64,000 nt of DNA from the NCBI RefSeq assembly GCF_030144855.1, contig NC_082730.1:14694001-14758000 (forward strand), given 5' to 3'. This DNA comes from Hypanus sabinus. Its lineage: Eukaryota. The translations under genes and the position numbers were made by a program. Shown in pieces: positions 12,112 through 23,760 of the stretch. Under the pieces are notes generated by a model. It had not been told where the DNA came from. It searched no databases and saw nothing but the letters and a program-made list of their open reading frames with translations. Numbering within the stretch: the first letter of the stretch is position 1; each line of letters opens with the position of its first letter.

Positions 12112-12315
12112 CTTGGATTTCAGGGAACTCTGTGTTGAGTCGGGAGTCAATAGGATCATTTGAGGTCACGTTTCATTTCGCTCCATGACACCAATGTCCT
12201 GATATCTTCCACTAACAGACACGCATCTAATCTGCAAAAAGAAATCCCTCATGATATTTGAGACTGAACCCTCTGGTTCCGATGGAAGTTTTATATTTCT
12301 ATCTGTCAGGTATTT

Positions 12316-12392
12316 CTATGTGCAGTTAGAAGGTGCTGCAATAGTGCTCATAACCAGTTTATTGTCTAGAAATCCAGGGGTGGTTTCAATTT
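12316..12392 (-). other. Conserved phase-1 Thr/Pro-rich exon-like segment ending in TAG (EIETTPGFLDNKLVMSTIAAPSNCT*)
   Basis: AG acceptor and reading frame conserved with 21658-21713 and 39380-39456. Confidence 0.4.
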
Positions 12393-13751
12393 CTTTTGGC
12401 ATAGATTGAATGTTTAAATACAATCCATTAATTATTTCTGGAATATCAAAAGCACATATCAATAACGATAATGATCAAATACCTGATTGTCAAAATCCCA
12501 TCTGGTCGGAATGGCCTTTAGAGACAGAAATCACTCAACCCTACTCACCCGAGTTTACTTGTGACTCCATATCTAATAATGTGCTTCACAAATTGCCCCA
12601 CAGAAATGGTCCAGGAAAGACAGTGAATTCAACACAATAAAGTTGATTGTTGGAGTGATCCTTGCAGAGTGAGACCAGATTCCAGCAATAGTAGAATTAA
12701 CAGTTACACTGGATCAGATGCAGCACAATAGTGATTACAAAAAAAATGTTTTAATTAAGGAAATCTGTCCAAACTGTCAATTGGCATAAATGCATTCCAC
12801 ATAGACCGAAAAGTCAACAGCATCATCCCTCATCACGTGCCCACAACTCTTCACAAGTAGTGATTTTTATTTGATTTGAGTCAGTATTGTTACTGCCTAC
12901 TAATGTCTCAGTGTGTCTCTACATTACTGAGTCAATAGGTTACTGATCCAGTCCCATTCCAGGCAGGGGAGCACAAGATCAGTGGTGGGTAACTTACTGG
13001 AGGCGATTGTATGAGACAGAATCTACCTGAATTTGCAAAGGCAAGATCGGATTTGAGATAGTCAATGTGAGTTTTGTGCATGTCTGTGGAAGGAAATTAT
13101 GAATTTTGGTTAATTTTGAGTCTGGCTAGGTATTGCTCAAGACCTGGGCTATGAGGCTGACTGGATAAAAGGCAGATGCTTCCTTGCTTGTGTGAGCTAA
13201 CTATAGTCAGACATAGATCATGCCAGCAATGAGGTATGGTTAACCTTCTTCCGATTTTGTCTAGCAAGTAGCAAATAGAGGAACTAACATAGCTGTAAAA
13301 TATTCTATAGTGGTTAACAGTCATCGCCTGCAATGGGTCATAACAACGGTAAGTATCAAGGCGGTACTCAAGGAAGAAGACCAAAGGGTGAATCTTCTCT
13401 GCAATCGAGGCCTGCTGATCCGTTGAGAAAGGCGCCGATGAATAAGATTACAGGAAAGAAGGTTGAAAGTATAAGAAAACAAAACAACTCCAACTGTGTC
13501 ACCCGTGGACAAAGTTTGGTTGGAAACGGGAGACGGCAGGTACTCTTGTCATCTATTCTCGTGAATGCTGGCCTTCATGGATGGGACATGAAATACAGTT
13601 GGAACAGCATGTTACTCATTTGAAGGATGCTGACAAGAAGTTACCTCGACTACTCTGTGCAGTTCCAGGGGAAGGGTGTGAGTAAATTAGACAGGCTACA
13701 GAGAACATACACAAAGATGCTACTGAGACTGGAGAGTTTGGGTTATACAGA

Positions 13752-14633
13752 AAGTTTGCAGACGACGCAAAGGCTGGTGGTGTTGTAGATAGTGTTGAGG
13801 ATTGTCAAAGATTGTAGAGAGACTTTGATAGGATGCAGAAGTGGGCTGAGAAGTGGAAGATGGAGTTCAACCCGGAGAAGTGTGAGGTGGTACACCTTGG
13901 AAAGACAAACTTCAAGGCAGGATACAAAGTAAATGGCAGGATACTTGGGATTGTGGAGGAGCAGAGTGATCTGGGGGTACATGTCCACAGATCCCTGAAA
14001 GTTGCCGCACAGGTAGATAGGGTAGTTATGGAGTGTTAGCTTTCATAAGTCGTGGGATAGAGTTTAAGAGTCGCAGGGTAACGATGCAGCTCTATAAAAC
14101 TCCGATTAGGCCGCACTTGGAGTACTGTGTCCAGTTCTGGTCGCCTTACTATAAGAAGGATGTGGAAGCATTGGAAAGGGTACAGAGGAGATTTACCAGG
14201 ATGCTGCCTGGTTTTGAGAGTATGCATTATGATCAGAGATTAAGGGAGCTAGAGCTTTAATCTCTGGAGAGAAGGAGGATGAGAGGAGACATGATAGAGG
14301 TGTACAAGATATTAAGAGGAGTAGATAGAGTGGACAGCCAGCGCCTCTTCCCCAGGGCACCACTGCTCAGTACAAGAGGACATGGCTTTAAGGTAAGGGG
14401 ACGAAATTTCAAGGGGGATATTAGAGGAAGGTTTTTTTACGCAGAGAGTGGTTGGTGCGTGGAATGCACTGCCTGAGTCAGTGGTGGAGGCAGATAAATG
14501 AATGAAATTTAAGAGACTATAGATCGGTATATGGAGGAACTTAAGGTGGAGGGCAATATGGCGGGGTCAGGGTTTAAGGGCCAGCATAACATTGTGGGCC
14601 GAATGGCCTGTACTGCACTGTATTGTTCTTTGT
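13752..14633 (+). mobile_element. Young 5'-truncated CR1 nested in an older CR1
   Basis: KFADDAK...WAEKWKMEFNPEKCEV...LEYCVQFWSP. Flanked by a 6-bp direct repeat tacaga (13746-13751 and 14634-14639); empty site in the paralogous block at ~7385. Confidence 0.85.
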
Positions 14634-16409
14634 TACAGATAGGCTGGAACTATTTTTCCTGAAGCGAGAGTGGCTGAGGAGTGAATTATAGAGGTTTACA
14701 AATTAAGAAGGAGAAACATGTGGTAGATGGTCACAGTGTTTATCCCAAATTAGGGAAATTAAAAACTAGAGGGCCTGGACTGGCAGTGTTCCCCACACAG
14801 AATAGTGTGTACATGGAAAAGGCTGCCAGAGGAAAGGCTAGGGGTAGGTACACATACACTATTTAAAGTAAATTTGGACAAGTTCATGGACAGGAAAGCT
14901 TTAGAAGGATACCAACCAAATGCAGGGAAATGTGCGAAGCTCAGGAAGACACTGAGGTCAGCATGGACGCCTTGGGCCGAAGCTCCTGTTTCCATAACCT
15001 ATAACTCTGTGACTCTGCAGCATCCTCTCTAAACTGGATCACACTTTTGAAAGGTTAAATTTAGAGTTCTATTTCATTGTATCTGTTTGACAGCTTATGG
15101 AATTATAGCCAATCAGAATCCACATCAAGCTCAAAGTTCAAAGTGCATTGATTATCAAAGTATGTGTGCCATATACATCCTTGAGATTCATCCCTTTACA
15201 AGCAGCCATACAGCAAAGAAACGGAATAGAACCCATTTAAAAATAAACTGTCAAACACAAAAATTGCAGAAGAAAAACCGTGTAAACCTGAAAAGTGAGC
15301 AAACTACATTTAGAAGTGAAATTCATGAAAGTGAGTCATAGACACAAAGCCAATCATTGGTGCAGATGATTGAGATGCCCGTTAGTTGCAGGCCACAGCC
15401 TCAGTTCAGCACAGCGGTGAGTAAAACTTCCAGAGTAGCGAGCTGCCTACCAGCCACCACTCACCTACGACAGGCATTGCTGTAGTATTTTACGTGGATT
15501 TTGAAGGTTTATTATCCTGTTTACAATCATGAAATGCAGTAACCTTGTTCATATCCATACATAAACCCAAAAAGAAGGAATGGATTCCCTTCTCATATCT
15601 CAAAGTGAGTGAGGTATTTTAAACAGCAACCAGAAACTCAGTTTTAGCCATCTCTAATTTACCTGGGCTGCTCAGGAAATTCTCAAGCTAATGATAACTA
15701 TAAGATATTGGAGAAGAATTAGGCCATTTGCTCCATACAGTCTGCTCCACCATTCCATCATGGCTGATATATTATCGCTCTCAATCCCAAACTTCTGCCT
15801 TCTCCTTGTAACCTTTCATGCCCTTACTAATCAGAAAATGATCAAGCTCCAGTATAAATATACCAAATGAATTGGCCTCAATAACCATAGAATCACCACC
15901 CTCTGACTAAAAAAAGTCCTCCTCATCTCTGATGTAATGTAAGGAGTCTGCACGTCTTCCTCGTAGAACATGCTGAGCTTCCCTGGGAACCCTCAATTCC
16001 TCCCACAGTCCAGAGATGTGCTGTGCAGGCTAATTGGTCATTGCAAATTGTCCTGTGATTAGGTGGGCGTGTTCCAGTTCTGTCAAGGGTTGATCAGACG
16101 TTGTGGCTCGAATGCCGAAAGTGCCTTCTCTCCACTCTATCAGTAAGTAATTAAATTAAAGAGACGTTGTTGTAATCTGAGGGTGTGGCATATGGTCTTG
16201 GTCTCCCCCGCTACAGGACACATCCTCTCTGTACCCATTCTATCTAGGCTTTTCAATATTCCATGGGTTTCAATGAGATCCCCCTTATTCAATGTCAAAG
16301 TCAAAGTAAAAATTTATTATCAGAGTACATACATGCAACGACATACAACCCTGACATTCTTTTACTTCAGGCATACTTAACAAATCTATAGAACATTAAC
16401 TTTAAGCAG

Positions 16410-17465
16410 GATCAATGGACAACAAACTGTGCAAACTTTGACTTTGCCTTTGTTGTACCCAGACTTGGCCAGAAAGCTATCAATACCATCGTCATCATTG
16501 ACATGAAATGTGAAAACAAGCAGTCACAACACAGACCACGTGGAACACCACGAGTCACCGACAGGCAAATAGAAAGGGGCCCTTTGTTCACACTCTTTTT
16601 CTCCAGCCTATCTCCCAATCTTCTATCGATGCTCCAAACTTTTCATTAATGCCATGGCTTTTTATTGGCTTTAGTAGCCTCATGTGTGGCACCTTGTGAA
16701 AGGCCGTCTAAAAATCCAAGATGTTTCTTTGTCTACCCTGCCTGTTATTTCTTCAAAAAATTCCACCAGGTTTTTCAAGGCAATATTTCCCCATAAGAAA
16801 ACCATATTTTATCATGCGCCTTCAAGTGTCTTGAAAACTCATCCTTAATAATGGGTTCCAACATCTTCTGAACCACTGAAGTCAAGTTAACTGGTCTATA
16901 ATTCCCTCTCATTTGTCTCCCTCTCATCTGAAAGAGTGCAGTGACATTCCCAATTTTCCAGTCCCACAGAACCAACCCAGAATCCAGCTATTCTTTACAG
17001 ATCACTGCTAATGCCTCCACAATTTCTTCAGCTTCCTCTTTAAGAACCCTGGGGTGTAGTCCACCTGGGCCAGGTGACTTATCTACCTCCAGACCTCCCA
17101 GCTTCCCAAGCATCTTCTCCTTAGTAAGCGGAACTGCACTCACTCCTGCCCCTTGACAATACTGAATTTCTGTCAAACTGCTTATGTAAGATGCTTATTA
17201 AGTGATTCCTCCATTTCTTTGTACCCCATTACTCTGTCTCCAGCTTCATTATCCAGTGATCTGATATCCGCTCTTGCTTCTCTCTTATACCTAATATATC
17301 TGAAAATCTTCTGGTCTCCTCTTTTATATTATTGGCCATTTTCTCTTTATATTTAATCTTTTCTCTCCTTTTGGCTTTTCATGTTGTATTCTGTTGGGTT
17401 TTTTTAAAGTTCACCAATTCTCTAACTTCCCACAAATTCTTGTTATATTATGTGTCCTTCCTTTT
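16410..17465 (-). mobile_element. CR1 RT fragment, unit 3 block
   Basis: DKSPGPGGLHPRVLKE and GNYRPVNLTSVV motifs. Confidence 0.8.
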
Positions 17466-17622
17466 CCTCTTATGACAGTGTCACTGTCTCATGACTCAAC
17501 ACTCATTCTAGTATCTTCAATGCAAAAACCAGAAGTTATGAATTGAATGTCCCCAATCTGCCTGGAGCTGCAAGTCCAACTATGTTTAAGACATTCCAAA
17601 CTTTCCAGGAAAAGTCAGAGAG

Positions 17623-17675
17623 TTAACTGTTGACTACACTTTGATCTACCCCATGGAGGCTGCAATGTGTAGCTT
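17623..17675 (-). other. Candidate short terminal exon after the unit-3 C2 (EATHCSLHGVDQSVVNS*)
   Basis: Acceptor tttgcatttgtag|AA, phase 1, conserved with unit 2. 108-nt intron after the C2 exon. Confidence 0.5.
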
Positions 17676-17783
17676 CTACAAATGCAAATAAATTCCTTAC
17701 CCTCACCAAAAGTATAAGAGCAACAGTAACAGAGTAACATAAAGAAATATTTAAATGTATCCTCCCTTGAAAGGAGAACTTAC

Positions 17784-18104
17784 TAGTGTCATTGATTTCT
17801 GTCACGTTACTGCAGATCTTTGTGTTGCTGAAGATTGTCACGTTTAGCATTCCACTGGATGTTATTCCAAGTCTATTCGAGGCTTTGCAGTAATATCGAT
17901 GGGCTTGAAGGTCTAAGGATTGACAGGGTAGAACCAGTTCATTGGTGTCTGAGATCATTTGATCCCCAGATGAGTGTTTTTCATGCCAAGTGTACTGAAT
18001 GGGAAGGGATCCCTGGAGAGACTCGCAGGACACTAACACGGAGCCACCGAGATGGGAGATACTTGCTGGTGACAGATATTGAAGCACGGGAACAGACGCA
18101 GGTT
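17784..18104 (-). CDS. Exon: FcRL-like C2 Ig domain, unit 3
   Basis: 321 nt, phase 1-1, ttcccacag| acceptor and A|gtaagt donor, open frame. Confidence 0.88.
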
Positions 18105-18799
18105 CTGTGGGAAGGAACTCAACAATCAGACACTGAATGAATATCTGAAAATCAAACACTCTTTTGCCACTTTATTAGGGACACCTGCTCACCTGCTTGT
18201 TAATGCAAATATCTAATTAGTCAATCACCTAGCAGCAATGCAGTACATAAAATCATGCAGACATACTCAAAAGGTTCAGCTGTTGTTTAGTCCAAACATC
18301 AGAATGGGGAGAAAATGTGATCTTAGTGATTTTGACCATGGAATATAGTCGGTGCAAGACAGGGAGGTTTGAGTATCTCGGAAATTGTTGATCTCCTGGA
18401 ATATTCATGCATAGTCTGCAGAGTTTACAGAGAATGTTGCAAAGAGTATCCAGTGAGCGGCAATTCCGTGAGCTAAAATACCCTGTCAATGAGAGTGGAT
18501 AGAGGAGAATGGCTAGATAGTTTCAGGCTGACAGAAAGATGACAGAAATTCAAACAAACATGTGTTATGACAGTTACTGTATGCAGAAGAGCATCTGAAC
18601 ACACAACACATTAAAGCTTGAAGTGAATGGGCCACAGCTGCCGAAAACCATGAACATACTCCTTGGCCAATTTATTAGTTATAGGAGGTACCTAATAAAG
18701 TGGCCACAGAGTAGTTAAATATAGCAACTTGTGAGATATCTGTCACATGTTTGATGGCTATCAGGAGAAAATGACCTGCTGTATAAAGGGAAACATTTC

Positions 18800-19715
18800 A
18801 GAATCAGAATCAGGTTTATTATCACTGGCATGTGTTGTGAAATTTGTTAATTTAGCAAAAGCATTTAAATGCAATACATAATATAGAAGAAGCAAAAAAG
18901 AATAAAATAATAATAAATAGTAAATCCATTACAGTACACATATATTGAATAGGTTAAAAATTGTGCAACAAACAGAAATAATATATATTAAAGTGTTGTG
19001 GTGTTCATGGGTTCAATGTCTATTTAGGAATCAGATGGCAGAGGGGAAGAAGCTCTTCCTGAATCACTGAGTGTGTGTCTTCAGGCTTCTGTACCTCCTC
19101 CCTGATGGTAACAGTGAGAAAAGGGCATGCCCTGGGTGCTAGGGATTCTTAATCGTGGACGCTGCCTTTCTGAGACGCCACTCCTTGAAGATGTCCTGGG
19201 TACTTAGTAAGCTAGTATCCATGATGGAGCCAACTAAATTTACAGCCCTCTGCAGCTTCTTTCAGTCCTGTGCAGTGGCCCCCCCTCCCCAACCACCAGC
19301 ATACCAGACAGTGATGCAGCCTGTCAGAATGCTCTCCACGTTACATCTATAGAAGTTTCTGATTGTATTTGTTGACATACCAAATCCCTTCAAACTCCTA
19401 ACGAAGTATATTCACAGACTTGCCTTCTTTATAACTGGGTCAACAGGAACCAGGTTAGGTATCTGAGATCTACACACCCAGGAGCTTCAATTGCTCACTC
19501 TCTCCACTTCAGATCCCTCTATGAGGATTGGTATGTGTTCTTGAAGTTCACAATCTGTTCCTGAATTCCACAATCAGCTCTTTCGTCTTACTGACGTTGT
19601 GTGCAAGTTTGTTGCTGTCCAGTTGGCATATCCCACTCCTATACACCCTCTCATCTTCATCTGAGATTCTACCAACAATGGTTGTATCATCAGCAAATTT
19701 ATAGATGGTATTTGA
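18800..19715 (-). mobile_element. Rex1/Babar-clade LINE 3' fragment
   Basis: KFADDTTIVGRIS...NVSKTKELIVEFR; (ctgatt)n tail at ~18800. Confidence 0.8.
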
Positions 19716-19990
19716 CAGTGATATTAATACAAAGATTGTGAGGGATGGACAGCTTCTGGACAAAGATCTTTTAAACTGTGCTGAGGCAGAGCAGAAGGAG
19801 AAGGAGACTGCTGTTCTTCAGACACATCCACAAGATGGGCATTTCTCCATTCAACAAGCTCAGCCTGGGATCGGCACAGTGTCACTCTCCAGGAGTTCTC
19901 ATGTTCTGACCCTTCCCAGAGGAAACATGGATGAGAAATTTATTTCATTGAAAGCACAAAGTTAATCACTGAGAAACCTACCATCAGATA
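19716..19990 (-). repeat. Duplicated post-V intron segment with an orphan splice donor and ~9 nt of a V-exon 3' end
   Basis: Homologous to 20528-20800 and 11150-11400. Reads TATCTGATG|gtaggtttctc, but no V exon lies upstream. Confidence 0.75.
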
Positions 19991-20792
19991 TAGTGCCTAT
20001 AGTCAAGAGATTCTGTTGTTGTTCAGAGCAAGTATCAGATGGGGAGGAAATGTGATCTGAGTGACTTTGACAGTGCAATGATAGTTGGAGTCAGACGGGG
20101 CAGTTTGAGTACCTCAGAAACTGTTGATATCCGGGGATTTTCATGTACAGCAGTCTTCAGAATGGTGTGAAAAACAAGAAATATCTAGTGAGCAGCAATT
20201 CTGTGAACAAAAATGCCTTGTCAATCAGAAAGGTCAGAGGAGAATGGCCTGACAGGAATTCAAATAACCACACATTATGACAGTGTTGTGCGGAAGAGCA
20301 TCTGAACACACAACACATCAAAGCTTGAAGTGAATCATCACAGCAGCAGAAGACCATGGACATATGCTTTGTGGCCACTTTATCTGATATAAGAGTAACC
20401 AAATGAAGTGCCCACTGAATGTTTACAGGAAGCAACTTGTGGGATATCTGTCAAGTTGGCTTTCAGACAGAAATGAAATTGTGACCTGGTTTAGTGACCT
20501 GCCTTAGAGAGGGGAACATTTGGCACTGATACTAATGCAGAAATAGTGAGGGATGGACAGAGTCTGGATAAAGGTTTTGAATATGTGCAGAGGCTGAGCA
20601 GGAGGAGGAGGAGCAGATTGCTGTTCTTCAGACACATCTATGAAATGAGCATTTCTCCATTCAACAAGCTTGCCCCCGATACCAGCACATCGTCACTCCT
20701 TGAGACATCTAATGCTCCGAACATTCCCAGAGGAAACATGGATGAGACATTTATTTCACTGAAGGCACAAAATCAATCACTGAGAAACCTAC

Positions 20793-21107
20793 CCTCAGAT
20801 ATTTGTAGATGTAAATGAAACATCAGATCGGAACCTGGTGTTGAAATTCCACAGCTGTACCATCCTGTATCTCCAGAGCGAAGATCCTCCATAGTAACAG
20901 TAAATATTCCCTGTTCCGGGTTATCTGTGATTGACATTCGTCCCCTCTGTCTGTGTTGCCCTTTAGTTTCCACTAAAACTGAACATTGATGAGTCCATCC
21001 ATGGCACCAATACTTTGTGTGCGAGCTGTACTTTTCTTCATAGTGACAATCGATCGTGATCGCTCTTCCCACAACTCCTCTTACAGATTTGTCTGCCCAC
21101 AATGCAC
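20793..21107 (-). CDS. Exon: CD300/pIgR-like V-set Ig domain, unit 3
   Basis: 315 nt, phase 1-1, intact splice sites, open, four conserved Cys. Confidence 0.88.
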
Positions 21108-21657
21108 CTGAAACTGAGGGAGGCATTTTCAGATTTCAGCAGAAAGCAACAACTTAATGCAAACAAATAACTTTGAACATAAGGGTAAAGTAGGTCCAGG
21201 TCATGTCCAGCTTGTGGTCCATGACAGCACAGCCAATGATTCTGGTCTGAAGTGCAGTCAGTTCTGTTACTGTGTCAGTACATTAAATTCCTACTGTAGA
21301 GTTCTGAGCAGAAACCCTGGGCTGAATTTCTAGTGCCGAACTGAAGGAGAGCCACAATGTGGTTTATCAATTACCTCAGACCATGTCACCCTTTCAAATG
21401 TACACTAAGCTCCCAGAGAGTTCATTTGGGATGCTCATGTGTGTGTGTCTCGGAATTCAGGAAACTCTGAGGTTGAGATGGGGACCGGTAGGACCATTTG
21501 TGGTTATGCTTCAATGCTCTGCATGTGGCCAATTTCCTGACATCCTCGACTAACAGACACATCTTCAGAAAGAAATCCCTCCTGATGTCTGAAACTGTGT
21601 CTTCTGGTTCTGATGGAAATTTTACATCTTGCATTTGTCAAGTGTTTCTATGTGCAG

Positions 21658-21713
21658 TTAGAAAGTGGTCGTTACCACTTTAGTGCCTAGAAATCTAGGT
21701 GTGATTTCTATTT
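21658..21713 (-). other. Paralogue of the EIE exon-like segment, frameshifted by a ~10-nt deletion (EIEITPRFLGTKVVTTTF*)
   Basis: Acceptor ttgttacag|AA; aligned by eye to 12316-12392. Confidence 0.35.
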
Positions 21714-22029
21714 CTGTAACAATACATTGGGAGTTTAAAGATAATTTATTAATTACTTTTAGAATTAAAATCAACATCAGTAATGATAAAGATCAGCTAC
21801 CAGACTGTCAAAATCCTTTCTGGATCGGAAAGGCAATTCCAATCAGAAATCAGAAATCTCTCATCCCTACACACCCTGGCTTATCTTTGAATACTGCTCT
21901 AGTAATGTTCTTTACCAATTGCTCCACTGAAATGGTCCAGGAAGGACTGATTTTAAGGCTATAACATTGACTGTCATAGTGATCCCTGCAGAGTGAGATA
22001 AGATTCCAGCAATGGTAGACTTGATGTTC

Positions 22030-22380
22030 TTGCTCAACAGCCTTCGGAAAATTTCTCCACCTAGACATATTCTCTCCCCACCTGGCTCCACCTGATTCCC
22101 CTTTTCTCCTTATCTGCTTTCCCACTCTGCCATCAACAAATTCCACCCCTTTTCCTCTCCATTCCATTTATCTGTCGTGCTTCACCCCTCCTCAGTCCCC
22201 GTCCACCGAGTGAACCCAGTCTCACACCTTCGCCTCTCCTATTTACACTATCTCCCTCTCCACTCACACCTGATGAAGGGTCTCGGCCCAAACCATTGAC
22301 ATTTCCCCTTCCCCTGACAGATGCTGCTTGAACTGCTGAGTTCCTCCCCAGGAGTTTCTCTGAACTCCAGTTTCTAACAT
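22030..22380 (+). mobile_element. Penelope-like 3' tail (degenerate hammerhead at ~22266-22300)
   Basis: Pyrimidine tract followed by ctgatgaagggtctcggccc...gatgctgc; orthologous copy at ~39690-40030. Confidence 0.65.
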
Positions 22381-23029
22381 CTTTAGTGTCTACAGATATT
22401 CAAGTACTCTTCTGGAAATGGTGTATGGCCCCCAAAGAAACATTGATTAAAGAATGTCCAGCGCAGGTTGTCACTCACCAGGTAGGAAACCAATCAGAAT
22501 AATCGAAGTCCACATCATTTTATTCACAGATACTCAGCCAGGACCTGTCTGTCCTCAGAGAGAAATGACTGTGAAATAAAAATGAGGAAGAAGGCAGCAG
22601 GAAGTTTGTTCAAAAAACCACAGTGTGTGGTATATGACAATCTGACATGATTTTTCTTATACTTAGCAATACAGAAACAATTCCCAAAGACCAAATGAAA
22701 TTGTGAGAAGTGTTAAAATATTGGTCAGAAGTGACAGTAAATGTTCTAATCTGAAGCAAAAATAAATGGCTGGCGGTGTCGTGAAGCAGGGGATTCATCT
22801 GAAATGTTGACCACTCTGCCTCTGCAGATCCCACATGACTCCCAGAGTTCCTCCAAAAGTTTTAGTTTCTTGCTTGTTTTAAGACGTTAGCTGTGTTGAG
22901 TCATGGTAGAAAGTATTCATGATGAAAAGTTAATGGTGGAAAGGGAAAGAACCCAAGCTGGTTGTTGTGAATGTGAGAGGGAAGTTATGTCACCCCTAGT
23001 CCAGACCAGGAGATCATTTAATGGCCTGT

Positions 23030-23270
23030 ACTCACTGGAGATTAGAAGGATGGGAGACGATCTCATTGAAAGGCCTATATAAAGAGAATGTGGAGTGAAT
23101 GTTTCCTATAGTAGGGGAGTCTAGGACCAGAGTGCACAGCCTGACAGTACAAGGATGGTCCTTTAGAACAGAGATGAGGAAGAATTTTTTGAGACATAGA
23201 GTGGTAAATCTGTGGAATTCACTGCCACAGACCGCTGTGGAGGCCAAGTTATTGGATATACTTAAAGTGT
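23030..23270 (+). mobile_element. CR1 3' fragment
   Basis: Similar to other CR1 3' ends. Confidence 0.65.
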
Positions 23271-23399
23271 GATTAGCTGTAGCAGTCCAAAATGGGAATA
23301 TTTGATGAATCCCATTGGAGCTGTATGCAGAGTCACCTCTTATCGGTGCCATCTTGAACTTTAACTACAAAAGTTAATTGTTCAACCCTGATTTAATTG

Positions 23400-23760
23400 T
23401 AAACACAAGAAAATCTATATTTGCTGGAAATCAACACACAGAAAATGCTGGAGAAACTCGTCATCTATGTAAATGACAGTTGACATTTCGGGACAAGACC
23501 CTTCTTCAGGACTGAGAAGGAAGGAGGAATGTTTTGGAATAAAAAGGTGGGAGCAAGGGAAGGAGGCTAGCTGGAAGGTGATGGGTGAAGCCAGGTGGGT
23601 GGGAAAGGTCCAGGGCTGGAGAAGAAGGAATCTGATAAGAGAGGAGAGTGGACCATAGGAGAAAAGGAAGAAGGAGGGGAGCCATGGGAAGTAACAGGCA
23701 GTGGAGAAGAGGTAAACTAAGAGTCACAGCCTGATACCTCGACAATGTATTCATATCTAC
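23400..23760 (-). mobile_element. Penelope-like 3' tail
   Basis: Reverse complement of the same tail family; contains the hammerhead at 23477-23514. Confidence 0.6.
23477..23514 (-). ncRNA. Penelope-associated minimal hammerhead motif
   Basis: Minus strand reads cagtc-CTGAAGA-a-ggg(tcttgt)ccc-GAAA-tgtc-aactg. Confidence 0.55.

Noticed and set aside
11918-12169. ORF with a Thr-His repeat
   Set aside because: Translation of the (TG)25 microsatellite; the frame is not conserved in paralogues.
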